Position numbers and translations under genes: made by a program. The notes below the pieces were generated by a model that was not told the DNA's origin, ran no database searches, and saw nothing but the letters and a program-made list of their open reading frames with translations. Of a stretch of DNA of 64,000 nt, positions 24,198-36,837 are shown piece after piece. The stretch lies in assembly GCA_050575255.1 (NCBI GenBank), contig JBNZDD010013686.1, positions 5,516,134-5,580,133 of the forward strand, written 5' to 3'. How positions within the stretch are numbered: the stretch's first letter is position 1; the number at the start of each line of letters is the position of its first letter. This DNA is from Harriotta raleighana (Eukaryota).

Positions 24198-26108
24198 GAA
24201 AAGTTACAGTGATGGTAGGTAGCAAAGTCAAATATCATCATGTAAATGAGTCAAACAACAAAAAGGCCAATGGCCATAAATCAGGCTGGGAAACACACTA
24301 AAATGTTCCTCACTGAAGTGAGACTCAAGCAGAGAAATTAGGCAGCGGAAGCAGTTCAAAGCAAATGGGAATTCAAACAAGTGCACTATTTCTACAGGAA
24401 GAGTAAGAAAGACAAGGAAATATATTTTAAAAAGACAGTAAATTCAGGAATGTTAACAAGACAAGGTCTAACTTCTGCAGTATTTCCACTCTGAATTGCA
24501 TTCTTTGTACAATAAAGTAGCACGTGGTGTGGTCACTCTGGATTAATGTACCCTAAGAGAGTATTTTTTTAAAAAATAAATAAAACTAATCCTAACCCCA
24601 AATGTTTGCAAATGATTTTAAAACAACCAGGTATGTAATTACAGGAAAAAAAATGCTTTAAATAGTTTTTTTTCTACTAAACTTAACATGAAATCCAATC
24701 TGTACAAAATAAGAATATTTAATGCAAGTAAAGCTCTGCCCTTCGGGCTGGCAGGTTGTGAAATGAGCATCATTTGGTTCGTTTGTCATTGAGTACACTC
24801 CAGTCACGTACCTTCCACATAACGTCTATGTGAATGAGTGCTGCTAAATTGGATCTTTGACAAATTTATACTGCCTTTATTTAGCCCGAAGCTAATCCCT
24901 GAAATGTCTATATATTGCGCTTCATGTTCTACTGATTCCTCTATGAATTGCTTACTGCAGCCAAGTGCATTTGCTTTTAAAAGGCAGATTCCCCTCCTCC
25001 TGTGCACGCTATGCTATGCGTTTGACCACTGTCCATCCCTCTGCCATCTCACTTACGTTCCAGCTGATGCAGGTGAGGAGTGCGCCTGAATACTTACCAG
25101 GAGTAGGAGCCCTGGCCGATTTTTACCCTCTATAGCGCACAGATACAGCATCAGACTGTGGTATGAACACTGCTGCTCTAAGATCAGAAATTCAGTTCAA
25201 GCCATTGCTTTACCCTGGGAACCTTCCAGTGTATAAAGTTGACAGAGCAGTGCACTATCCCTACTGAGCGCATTGGGACATTAAGTGGTGAGTTATCTTT
25301 ACTCTCGTGCTCTGAAGATTATGGTTGCTATAGTTGGCCTTTGTATCTGAGCTTTACTTATTGATTTAATTCACATGCAATACCTATTGTGTATTCTACC
25401 CCTTTTATACTTCTGTACAACATACACAATGTCAAGACTGTTCATGCTGTCCAAGTCCGCAGTCATTTTTTTAAACAACATTTTATACTGTGCCAAATCC
25501 AGTCGCTGTGAGCACACAGCTCTCAATGGACAAGATGGATTGTATAAAATGGTGATACAGTACTTGCTTTACAACAGGACTGACTAAACGATCCTGGCTA
25601 CATCAATGTACTGTAAATTAAAGAAAGTACAGAACTAACCACTTCATCAACTTTACTCTACACATCAATTAAAAAAAAAAACTTGCTGGAGTTTCTATTG
25701 GGTCTAATTTATCTGAATGGCTATCTCTTACCTCTGTACAATTTTTTTTTAAAAAGTAGCATCCTGGGTGAGGCTCATATATAAACAAAATGCAATTCAG
25801 CAGAAATGTAAGAGTTAAAAATTACAACGTTAGTGCAATAAACAAGCAAAAGACTTAGAAAGCAAAAGATTTACAACTATCACTGACCCCGCGGGTGACT
25901 AAACACTCTCTGGACATATCACAGGGTCGTCAAAGGGTTAAAAATCCCACACAAAGTTAAGCTTTGCCCTTTTCTTTTTAAAAATACAGAGTTAATGTGA
26001 ACAGTTAGAAGAACAGGTCAGTCAGTGTGAGAATCCCTCCCTCCCCCACCTCACTTCTTCTATGAGTTGCAGTCTCCTCCTCCAGATAGAGCAGCCAACG
26101 TAGACACA

Positions 26109-26118
26109 TTAAAAGAAG
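26109..26118 (-). CDS. SEPTIN6: Septin-6 terminal exon, coding part (...RKNFF*, 429 aa); 3'UTR runs to about 24170
   Basis: ctctctgtag acceptor then C TTC TTT TAA; matches the recalled human NFF* isoform. Confidence 0.8.
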
Positions 26119-29100
26119 CTACAGAGAGAAAAATAATTAAATCGTCAACAGAGCAAGATATTTCAGGCCATCCACACATACGCAAGAACGCAAAAGGATA
26201 TTGAACAGAAACTTAAGAGAAATCCCAAGGGCGGGAGGGGTAGGTGGGGGTGGATAGAGGCGGGAATGGAACTTTTGAAGGATTGAAAGCATGCAAATCT
26301 GTCCCGACTGTCATAAAGGGTCCCTTCCCTTTAGTGAGGAATCATTGCTCAATGGTCGAACTTGCGAAGAAAATGAAGACACCGGTATAAGATGAGGCAT
26401 AAAACCGACTTTTAATAGTTTTCAAGCACTGGAATATACTGGGAACAATCTGCGTTGCCATAAGCAAAGGGAGTGGGGGAAATCGCACAGACTAAAATGA
26501 ACTCAAACAAAAATCCTACATAAGCAACAATCACAAGTCATTATATATATATTTTAAATCCTGTATAATTGACTAGGAGAACAATTGCGTGGGACAATGC
26601 ACAAAAAGTAAACGCTCTCGTTTTTTTTTGAACAATGTACTTGCTTATGGTTTCATTAGAACGGCTGACCTGAGAAAACACAAATGTCTCGCTGCTATTA
26701 AAAAAAAGTTACAAGTTTCAAAAATAGCTCTCAATTTTTTTTAAAAAAAGGTTGTCAAAATTAGAAAATAAATAATGTGCAATTTTTAAAAAAAACATAC
26801 ACACACACACACAAACATACACATAGACACGCAGAGGGCCCAAACTACATACTTTATGTAGAGACCATGGACCTAAGTAGCATGCACTTTTCCGGTGTAC
26901 AATTCACCATTCATTTTATTTTCCACACAAAAAAAATACAAGTTGTTCAATCGTGAAAAAAAGATGTGCGCAGGTAAAGGCTTCACGTTTCAAATGCTCA
27001 GGCCACAGCTGGAGTGCTGTTATCAGTAGCTGCCCGTCTAATATTGATCACTGCTTACAAGAAAAAAAAATATGGAAACATGTTCCATATCACTGAGGGC
27101 ACTTTAATTATTCAGTGCAGAGCCAGGGGGTACTGTAAAGGAAGAGTGCAAAAAAAACACAGACAAAAATGAATGACAATGCTGAGGAAAATCGTACACT
27201 TCAATTCACATTTAATGTATATCTATCTAAAGCACATGTGGCTTGAAAGGTATCAATTTTGCACAGACAGGCAGGCATCCCTTCAAACAGCAAGTGCAAT
27301 AATAAAAGTGGAATAAGATTCATTTACGTATTAACAAAAGTACGGATAACGTTCCTTCGAACAGTACTTTTTTGAGTGCCTGAATGTTTTGGACCTGTTT
27401 TGTAGATGTATAAATGAATGAATGATTGAATGAATGAATGAAAATACACATCCGCATTTTTTTTTCCTGCAAGCTGGCTTTTCGGAAGCAAAAAACAGCT
27501 GGAAGGAACCGTTGCGAGAGTGCAGAAACTTAAAAAACAAAATCTCAAAATGATTCAAATAGTATAACATCTCCGACTGGCCAGCCGGAAAGCCTGAAAA
27601 TTAACCCATGTCTGGACAAATGCAAATCTGTGCAACTTTGCAATACTGTAACTAAAACCCAAAGAACTTATTACATTTTGTTTGACCCACAATTCATAAC
27701 TTACATTTTTCTCCTTCTGAGATTTTATATATACATATATATATATATATATGTGTGTAAAAATCATGCTTCATTATTCTTTGGTTCTTTGTCTCTTTTT
27801 TTTAATGGAAAATACAGATGCTTTAGCATGCGTTTTTTGTAACGTACCTGAAATAAACTCAAGTCATATTATTTCAAGGCTAAAATAATATGCTTTTAAA
27901 AAGAGAGAATTGTTAAGATATGATCACACGGCTCGGTAGCCCCTGCAGCACGAACAGCACACGAGAGACACAGACAATGATGATTTCATGCAAAAGGTTT
28001 CCTGAGAGCAACACGGTCTTATTGCTGGGATTACTGAGTCACACAGTCTCTGATGCTCATTTTGACAGCTCGTGTTGCACCATGCAAGCACTGAAGCAGC
28101 AAACTGTGAGTCCTTTTGTCAGGTTCCATACTATTTATTTCTGGATTCCTCCATTCAGCACAGCCAGTATCAAGTTTGCACACACAAGTTTACGTGGAGG
28201 GTGGGTGGGAGGGGGGCTGGGGGGAGGAGGGTAGAAGGAGGTGGGAGGAAAGGAGATGGGATGGAAGGCGTTAAGCGCTGCAACGTAAATGGGAGCAAAG
28301 GGGAGGCCATTCCCAGCTTGCCGAGGGGAGAATTCTACAGGAAGCCTGAACTGAAAATGAAAGAAAAGTCGGATTAATTTTCCATGAGTTACTTTGAAAC
28401 TAGATGAATGTGCAGAGCCAAGTACGGTTTTAATTAAAAGCAAATAATGAAATGAGCACAGGTCTACATGTTACACATGAAAATGTACCTCTTTCAAATT
28501 TTTTTTTTTTTAAAAAAAGCAAACATGATATGGAAAAACACACAGCAGTGGAACCGAAAGTCATTGAAACAGAGGATGGTTCTCCCGCTATCATCACACT
28601 GTGTTTAAGGAAGTGAAGCTTAGCTCTTCACTGACAGTGGCTTGAAAAGAGACAAATTAGGTGCTGGGTAGCAGAGAGAGAGTGAGAGAGAGAGAGAGAG
28701 AGAGAGCAAAATGACCCTTTGCCATCGTTCAGCCTGTGACACACAGAAGCCGACAGGACTGTGTTTTCTGCAGCTCCCGTGGCTTCCACCAAAGGCGCTC
28801 TATGAATGCAATTTCGTTGTTGCTATTGTTCATACCGCACTGGGGGGTTTTCACTGAGAAACAAGTGAAACCATTAAGAAGAACCTCCCATTGCTGAGCA
28901 GGAAGTACAGAAGAGTAAACGGCAGTGCCCCCAGGGACCCAGCTCTCCATATAAGTGCTGATTGCACTCTGCCGTCAAGCTGCAAGAATCTTATCTCATT
29001 ATTGACTGATCGAATCTTACTGTCGACTGCATTAAGCATTTCCTGTGCAGTGGAACTCTCCCCATCTCCCACGTTTCAGTTAGCGAGAGAGAGAGAAAAA

Positions 29101-29194
29101 AAAATCTAGGCAAACCCATCACCATTCAAGATGGATTTGTTTTCATTAAATACTGTCCAAAAAAGGCTATGGAAGGGAATTTGGTGTGGTGGTG

Positions 29195-29217
29195 GGGGGG
29201 GGGGGGGGGGGGGGGGN

Positions 29218-29268
<51 letters not shown>
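29195..29268. repeat. Poly-G tract containing an N; similar tracts at about 19880-20011 and 58496-58536
   Basis: Homopolymer runs at contig joins. Confidence 0.85.
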
Positions 29269-29955
29269 CTGTTGTGAGCTGGGCCAACAATAGGAGGGAG
29301 GCATCTGCTCTTCAGAGGGTCTACGGAATGGATCTGGGGTTTTGCCCTCCAATTGCTCAGTCAATCAAAGAGTCATGTTCTGGATCCCGCAAGGAGGAAC
29401 AGGGAATATTGTTGGGATGGCTTTGTGGGTTTGGGAGGAGGCCCGACCGCTCTTGGTTGGGCGAAGTGTTTGTTTCAGGAGAAGTTGAGATAATTCCTCT
29501 TCAATTCCTTCGTGGCAGTTTTGGTTTGGTTGTACTCAATCACTGGCTGACTGCCACAATATCTTTTTAAATATTAGCAACAAATCCAGCCAGCCCGAGG
29601 AGCCAGGAATAATCTTGGGGGACGCAGTAACTGAACGGAACAGTTGGTTTATTTGATTAGATGGCTAATATTTCATTTTCCGCTAAAGCAAAGAGACACT
29701 AATGCACACAAACACAGACACACAAAGACACACACACACACACAAACCCACTAGCAAAGGTTGGTGTGGTGTTCAAATTCCACCAGTCTAAAGAGACCAA
29801 GACAAGCATCCTGAACTGTGGTCCCTACCAAGCAGCCTGGCACAGATCCATGCAGAACACTCCTGGAGGACTATAGAGAAAGGGCCCGGGGAACGTTTCT
29901 GTGTGATAACGGACTCCACTGCTGTGGTTGATTGTTAGTAGTCAATCAGGCTTAC

Positions 29956-29996
29956 CAGATATTATGGATCTCATGCAGCATGCAGCAAGCTGTTAA
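29956..29996 (-). CDS. SEPTIN6: Septin-6 41-nt cassette exon carrying the stop codon (...RKN*, 427 aa)
   Basis: ttttttacag acceptor, then T TAA (stop 29995..29993), gtaagc donor; matches the recalled human KKN* isoform type. Confidence 0.8.
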
Positions 29997-30133
29997 CTGT
30001 AAAAAAAACATTATACATGCAGTAGCTAATGTGGATGAATTGGTAGAAGATAAAAGAAAAATGTACATAGAAATGCTCAAATACTGCACTACGACTGAAC
30101 CCTCTCCACGCTCATCTGTCATGGCAGTAGAGT

Positions 30134-30522
30134 AATAATCTTTGCATTTTTTTGGTAGTCACGTCAGAAGGATATCTCAAAGCACTTCACAAGCAGTGCT
30201 GTGAAATGAAGTGACTGTGGGAGCATCATTGCGCACATTAATATCCCACAAACAGCCACGGAGCGAGTAAATAGTTCTATTCAGGGGAACTGTTGGCCGG
30301 GACACCCAGGTGAACTCCCTTCTCTCTTCAAATAGTGTCAAGGGATCTTTAATGTCCGATTGAACAGGCAGATGGGACCTTGATTTAACGTCTCATCCAA
30401 AGGACAGCAACGCAACATACCCCCAGCACTGCATCTATTAATCTTGGGACTATGTGAGTTCAAGTCCTGACGTGAGATTTGAACCCGCAACCTAGAGTAC
30501 TGCAACTGAGCCATGCTGACCC
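30134..30522 (-). mobile_element. Older Deu-domain SINE (SacSINE1-like), near full length
   Basis: tRNA-like head TGGCTCAG...GGTTCAAATC, core TTTGGATGAGACGTTAAATCAAGG, tail related to the main family. Confidence 0.68.
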
Positions 30523-32340
30523 ACTGATCAAAGTAGTGTGATAAAGGTAAAGGGCTAAAAAACAACAGTAACTAATTAACCCTTAATGAGCTAATCCCAG
30601 CACTTTTACCAACTGGAGATTGCCAGAGGTAAGTAGTTAATGCACAAGACTGTACTTTAAAACCCAATACACACACACACACACACGCGCGCGCCACTTT
30701 CCTGCGCAATTTTGACTCTTGTTTCTTGGGACATTTGTTCCGCAGACGTTCGAACCCAACACACTTGGAAGTCGTTGCACAAAGGTTACATGCCATATGT
30801 GACTCTCACGCAGGCACCATGTTTTCTGCGACTATTAGTTTGCTGCTTGGGAGGAACGGTAGAGCAACCATTTTGTGGAGGAGTTGTGAAATCTCCAGTG
30901 ACAATTGCCCTCAACCTACGATCTCCATTCGATACCAAGCGGCATTTGGGTTGCCGCAGTGAGACTGCAACAGAGAGCGTCTCTGCCCAGACAGCCTCTG
31001 AACAGCAGATTTAGCTCATGAGGTACATATGGATGTATGGCAACGAGACACTGCAGAGGCAGAACCCAGGGTGCAGAGTCTTTACGGTATTTGAGCGTCC
31101 GTTGCCTTCAGGAACTGGAAGAAATGAGTCAAAGCAAAATATGCTCTTCTCCCGTGCTACTTAATTTCTCCAAACGCATCGAGTCACACATCAGGAAAGC
31201 CTCTACCACATTGAGGAAGCTTTAATTTTTTCGGGGGTTTAGAAATGACTGGCTGACAGTCAGTCACTGATAGTGCAACTATTCAAAATACTGTATAACG
31301 CATCCATAAATGCACCCCCACAAAGCATCCATGCAATTTGACAGTACTATACTTAGTCTGAAACTGAGCAAAGCACCACCCACAAGGTTATGTTTGGTGC
31401 AAATAGCTTCCATGTCAACTGATGTTTCCTTTAATAAACTATTGCCTATTTCCGTGGCGTACCCTTTAGTCTGTGCAACTCTACGTCACCAGTTTGTGCT
31501 TCTTGTCTGTCAGCCAGACGAGCCGCTTTTCAAATTGATTTACGGTGCTTTCAGACGCTTTTTGAGAGATTAGGAAAACACACCAAAGGTACCACCAGGA
31601 GATGGTCAAATTTGGTGACGCCTGGCAAGCAAGTGGCACGAATTGATGAGTGGTGAACCACAGTCATGTCTGCTCACCCAGCCATCAGTACAATAAATAT
31701 ACTGCATCCAGAAACCATGGAGTGTAATATTTAGACAAAGAGAAATATTTCTTTGCCTGCGAGTCTCTCGCTTAAGGTTACAACAGTTACAATGGAGCCA
31801 ATTTTTTTTTTGTCAAATTAGATCCTGAATCGAAAGAAGGCCGGGGAGGGAGCTGGATGGCGACTCGCTTGAGGAACTTCAGAGGCCACAAAAGAAACGT
31901 GAACCGTCTGAGTTTGCGACGACATTTATTCCATGTGATCGACATGGAGCAAACTGGGATCCAACCGAAATGAAGCAAGTTTCGAAGCGATTGCCCGTGG
32001 CTTGTTTTCGGTTTTAAATAAACTGCCCAATATTGTCAAACGCAGTGAATAAGGTGGGCTCCCTGGGCCGATAACGGGAAGGCAGTCACCTTCGCTTTGC
32101 TGTGTCCCCGGAGCTCAAGCGCACAGACCTTCGAGTGCAACGCATTAAATCTGAAGCCGCATTGGTCATTTCATCCACCACCGGTTAGAGACCCTTTATG
32201 TTAAACAGCGCTTTGCGGAAGCCCGCAAAGTGGAAACCCGGGGTGGAAACGGCCTGTGGCTGCCGAAGGGCCTCAAGTTATCTTTTGGAAATAAAATGGG
32301 ACTATAATGATAATATATGAATATAAAAAAAGGGGCTTAC

Positions 32341-32531
32341 TTTTTCCGTTCTTTCTCTCGCTTGAGGGTTTGTTGGCTTCCTGATTGCTGTGCTTGGGAC
32401 TGAAGCAGCTCGGCCGCCGTCTTCCTCTGTTTGAAGGAGTTAATCTCATCATCCAGGCTTTTTTTCTTGTCCTCCAGCTTCTTCTTCTCGTCCTGGTGAA
32501 GCTTCTTCAGACGATCAAACTTATCGTGCAA
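32341..32531 (-). CDS. SEPTIN6: Septin-6 exon 9 (coiled coil)
   Basis: 191 nt; [24 protein letters not shown]...TLKREKERK; gtaagc donor in phase 2. Confidence 0.96.
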
Positions 32532-32855
32532 CTGGAGAAATAAAAAAAAGGGCAACAGGTACGTTCGGACACGGTGTAAGGCGAGGGTTTGGGTTACAAG
32601 GGAATAATGGCTGCCGATCAGAGCTGACTTGATATCATCTCCTGTGAGCTAATACGCAATTGTGCAGGAAGTTGGCCATCGTTGTTGCTTGATGCTGTGA
32701 GGCCTTCAGTGCTGGTGAGCTAAGTGTCGGACTTATATGCTTTACATTAGTCTCCATAGGACCAAACAACACAATAAAATAATGCCTTCAAAGTGGGGAG
32801 AAAAAACAGCCGTCTTTGTAAGCTCGCTGTTCAGCACAATAATAAAAAAGAATAC

Positions 32856-32988
32856 CTCTTTCTCAGCTTCTTTCAATTCAAACTCTTTCTCCTTTACTCT
32901 CATGACAAACATCTGCCTCATCTCCTCTTCCTTTTTCTGCAGCTCGCCGAGAAACTCATTCCTCTTCGCTTCGTAAGTTTCCTGCAGG
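32856..32988 (-). CDS. SEPTIN6: Septin-6 exon 8 (coiled coil)
   Basis: 133 nt; [44 protein letters not shown]. Confidence 0.96.
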
Positions 32989-33581
32989 CTACAAAACCAC
33001 ACTGGTCATTGGTCAGTCGGCCTAGCTAGCCCTCGCCAGGGTCCGCAAGATCAGCCACAGGCTCAAACATTTCCCGTTTGTTACTTACAGATGCGAACAG
33101 TAAGAAAACTCACAGCTTCCGAGAGCTTAACCGCATCTCGATATTGTCGTCTCCAATGAAATATTAAGATGTCCCACGAAGAATAAATTTAATACTTATT
33201 AAAATAAGGGTTCATTGTCCGATTTTTCCCTCTGGTAGAAATCGGGTCACAGAATGATCCGTACCACTTTGGAGAGCGCTTAGAGTGTGGTGGGTGGGGT
33301 GGGGAGGGAAGGGATGGGGTGAGGGGATACAGAACATTGAACAAATATCACTCACTGCCTGTGCAACGTTGCCCCAGTGGCCACTTAATCCGGGATTGAT
33401 TTGGGGATGTTTCAAATGGTAAGAGTGTTGAGAGGTAAAAGTAATAGGGGGACGTGGAGTAAAGGTGTTGAATGATCTGCCACGGTGCGGTAAAGTGATT
33501 AAACTGGCTCGACTCAGACCGAATGGCAGACTTTTGTTCCTATGGTGAGAAGGTGCCCCGGTTGGCCTCTCAGCCCAGTAC

Positions 33582-33750
33582 CTGAAGGGTTTGTTGTCGG
33601 GGTCTGTGTCCTTGAATCCCATCTCCTCCAGTTTGCAGCGTCGGTACAGCTCGTAATGACGCGCATGCGTCTGCTCACGGATGTCCTCCATGTTCACTCG
33701 GATCAGCATTTCCCGCAGCTTCACAAAGTCGCAGTGGGCTTCATTCTCCA
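33582..33750 (-). CDS. SEPTIN6: Septin-6 exon 7
   Basis: 169 nt; [23 protein letters not shown]...[11 protein letters not shown]. Confidence 0.96.
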
Positions 33751-34126
33751 CTGCAAACACAAGAAAACCATTGACACTTTCCATTCTGGGGAATACGCTA
33801 AAAAATTATTCAGGCTTCTTATTTTTGTAAGGCCACAATGTGTATGCCTCCTGCCTATGTTCCGCTTAGGAAATAAGAGCCATTTTCAGAGCTGCAGATG
33901 GTAAGTGGCCAGTTGAACTCCATTTGGTCACTCATTGTAACATCTCCATATTGAGGTAGAGGAAAAAAATACACATCTCACCTCACCTCTCACATGTATA
34001 AGGCATAATAATCAACTCGCAAGAAGGGTATCTGTTTGCAAAAAATCAGAGGTCTCATGTGGAACGCCATAGGGAACCTTATAGAGGAAAGGGTGGTTGA
34101 GGCTTCCAATAAAAATAAGGTCTTAC

Positions 34127-34223
34127 CTTGCACAGTGCCCCACGGATACTGCCGAGCCTTCATCATCTTGTTCCCGATCTTTATCTCCTCTGTGCTTCCA
34201 ACTACAGCAAATGGCAGGTGTGC
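34127..34223 (-). CDS. SEPTIN6: Septin-6 exon 6
   Basis: 97 nt; [32 protein letters not shown] (septin unique element). Confidence 0.96.
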
Positions 34224-34509
34224 CTGAAACACACACACACACATACAGGTCAACAAATGGGGAATTATTATCACTGCAGAAATGCCATCCTGAGTGCAAT
34301 ATGCCACTGCAGTCAAAAGGGAGAGAGAAACTTTACCTAGGCAGCAGAACAAAGTTCCCAGATAAATGTCCTTCCGTTGTGTGGTGATCTCACACGGTTT
34401 GTAATGAAATTAAACACTGAAGTTTACTTAAATCATTCATTAACTAAAAATTTAAGGTTTACTGTACCTTCATGGGAGTGTAAGGTGGAAGCTCGCAGTT
34501 AACTTAACA

Positions 34510-34822
34510 ACAATAATAATAATAATCCTTGCATTTGATATAGCGCTTTTCACGGATTCTAGACACTTCAAAGCGCTTCATAGAACATACTGTAAAGTGA
34601 ATTGACTGTTTATTTGTGGGCGAAACTCTGCAACCAATTGTGTACAGCCGTGTCCCACAAACCGTCATGGATTGAAATGACCAGTTTTTATTATTGTATC
34701 GTTTTTGTTTTGGAGGGATTATTATTAGGCGTGTGGAGTAAGGAAACTTGCCAAAGGTTTCACCCAAATCTGCCTGGATTCGAACACAGGTCCTATGCTT
34801 GTAAGGTGACTGCTCTAACCAC
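34510..34822 (-). mobile_element. Main SINE family, near full length
   Basis: B box GTTCGAATCC, core and tail. Confidence 0.88.
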
Positions 34823-35359
34823 AAATTCACTTAATCACTGGTCACTCAATCTGCAACTTTGTGGAAATCAATTTAATAATTTTAATAAGGCGTGCATGCG
34901 GGTGTGGAAATGCTTTCGCTTGTGGACATGAAAGATTGGCCGCAGGAAACGGGCAGCTAGGGTGACTCGAAATTCAGCCACATAGATCCGTGATGAAGCC
35001 ACGTGGAAGATGTGGCCACTTTGAGCATTCATTGACTGACGAGCCGAGAGAACTGGAGCGGAAAGAGATTTTTGGTCCCACGCGAGGAAAGCTTGCCTCC
35101 AGCTCTAATTGCGGCCTCATGATGTCTGCTCGCTCAGTAAAACCTAAGTGGTCTCGAAAGCATCCAAAGCAAATAAGGACACAAGGGGGCTGAACAGAAC
35201 TTGTATGTTCTACATATACATTGAGCAGATTTGGACTTCCTTAATGAACTCTTTGGAGGCAATGAATTTCCCCTTTCTTGGTAAACCACATGATGTGCAG
35301 AAAAGGTTCTGACCCAACACAGCTTTCCATTGCGTGTTCTTCATATTCCCCCTAAAAAT

Positions 35360-35795
35360 AAAGTCAATTCCCTTTAGGGTATATTCTGTAAATCGCTTTG
35401 ATGTGACAAAGCGCTACATCAAAGGCAAGCATTATTATAATTATTACTATTTAAAACACAGCATTCCTCTTGAGCAGGGCAACTTGTGTGTAGATAATAA
35501 TAATAATCCTTGCATTCGATATTGCGTTTTTCACGTCATCTAGACATCTCAAAGCACTTCACAGAATATACTGTAAAGTGAATTGACTGCATTTTTGTGG
35601 ATGACATGCGGCAGCCAATCACGCACAGCAGTGTCCCAGAAAGTCGTAGATTTAAACGACTAATTTATTATTTTTTCAAGAGATTATTATCAGGCGTGTG
35701 GAGTAAGGAAACTTGGGCCAAGGTTTCGTCCTGCCTGGAATCAAACCCAAGTCTCTTGTTTGCAAGGCAAATGCTCTAACCACTGAACTACAAGA
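35360..35795. mobile_element. Main SINE family: + tail fragment followed by a - near full-length copy
   Basis: Tail-to-tail pair at about 35360-35450 and 35495-35795. Confidence 0.8.
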
Positions 35796-36084
35796 TTACA
35801 CATACTATAAAAGTACTGTAGATTATGTAGATTAAATCATAATACAAGAATAATTTGGATGAGCTATATGAAAGCCAGGCTTCTAAATACAAGATGACAT
35901 ATGAAGATAACTAAACAAGAATTTATCCCAACACTGTAGGATATTATTAATTGCAGAGAAACATTTAAAACTTTTTAAAAAAAAAGAAAATAGGCTTGGA
36001 TATCTTAGAAACATAGTATTTCATTTGATGTTGATAAAGAGCTAAATAGTTTATAAAACAAAAAGATCTTCTTTTCCCACAAAC

Positions 36085-36378
36085 ATAATAATAACCCTTG
36101 CACTTGACATAGCGCTTTTTCACTTCTCAAAGCGCTTTACAGAATATACCGTAAAGTGAATTGACTGTATTGTGGGCGAAATGCGGCAGCCAATTATGCA
36201 CAGCAGCGTCCCACAAACAGTCGTGGATTAAAGAGTCCAAATTATTATTGCTTTTTGAGGGATTATTACTAGGTGTGTGGAGTAAGCAAACATGCCCAAG
36301 GTTTCACCCTGCCTGGAACTGAACCCAGGTCTCTCGCTTGTAAGGCGAATGCTCTAACCAATGAGCTACAGGACTCCT
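36085..36378 (-). mobile_element. Main SINE family, near full length
   Basis: Begins GGAGTCCTGTAGCTC on -; anticodon-arm-like TTCGC-CTTACAA-GCGAG. Confidence 0.88.
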
Positions 36379-36675
36379 ATAATATTCCCTGGGTGCTAAA
36401 CTGGGCTGGAGAAAAAGTAAAATTATTTCTGTTATGACTTGATTATTATTCTGCAGGGTAGTGGTGAGGGATGAGTTATTAAACCTTAACTGCCAGGTAC
36501 AATTTTGCTGGTTGTAAGTTTACAGTTTTATGTTGTTCTGACAAATGTAAACGGCCATAGCTGTTTATAATAAATAGTAGCTGTTACTTAGCACACAAGA
36601 ATGGGAGTGAACGATGCTGTTCCAGCTTTGCGTGTTTGGAATGAAACTCTCTCGTGTCCAGCCTATTAAACTTAC

Positions 36676-36837
36676 GTTCATTGTCCCATTGATCTCAGAA
36701 ACTGTGTCGTCGTCAGTGGGGAACTGATAGATCTGCACTCCATTGCTCACCAACTCGCTCATTATTTTGATCTTAAACTTCTGCAGCTCGCTCTTGGAGA
36801 TGGAATCTGCTTTGGCAATGACCGGGATGATATTGAC
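36676..36837 (-). CDS. SEPTIN6: Septin-6 exon 5 (G4 motif AKAD)
   Basis: 162 nt; [54 protein letters not shown]. Confidence 0.96.

Noticed and set aside
28851-29072. Minus-strand ORF with a hydrophobic end as a possible membrane-anchored septin tail
   Set aside because: No convincing in-phase acceptor; the pyrimidine tract is not followed by YAG.
36300-36378. tRNA-like sequences with A/B boxes and an anticodon arm (several copies)
   Set aside because: They are SINE heads fused to core and tail, without a proper acceptor stem; not tRNA genes.
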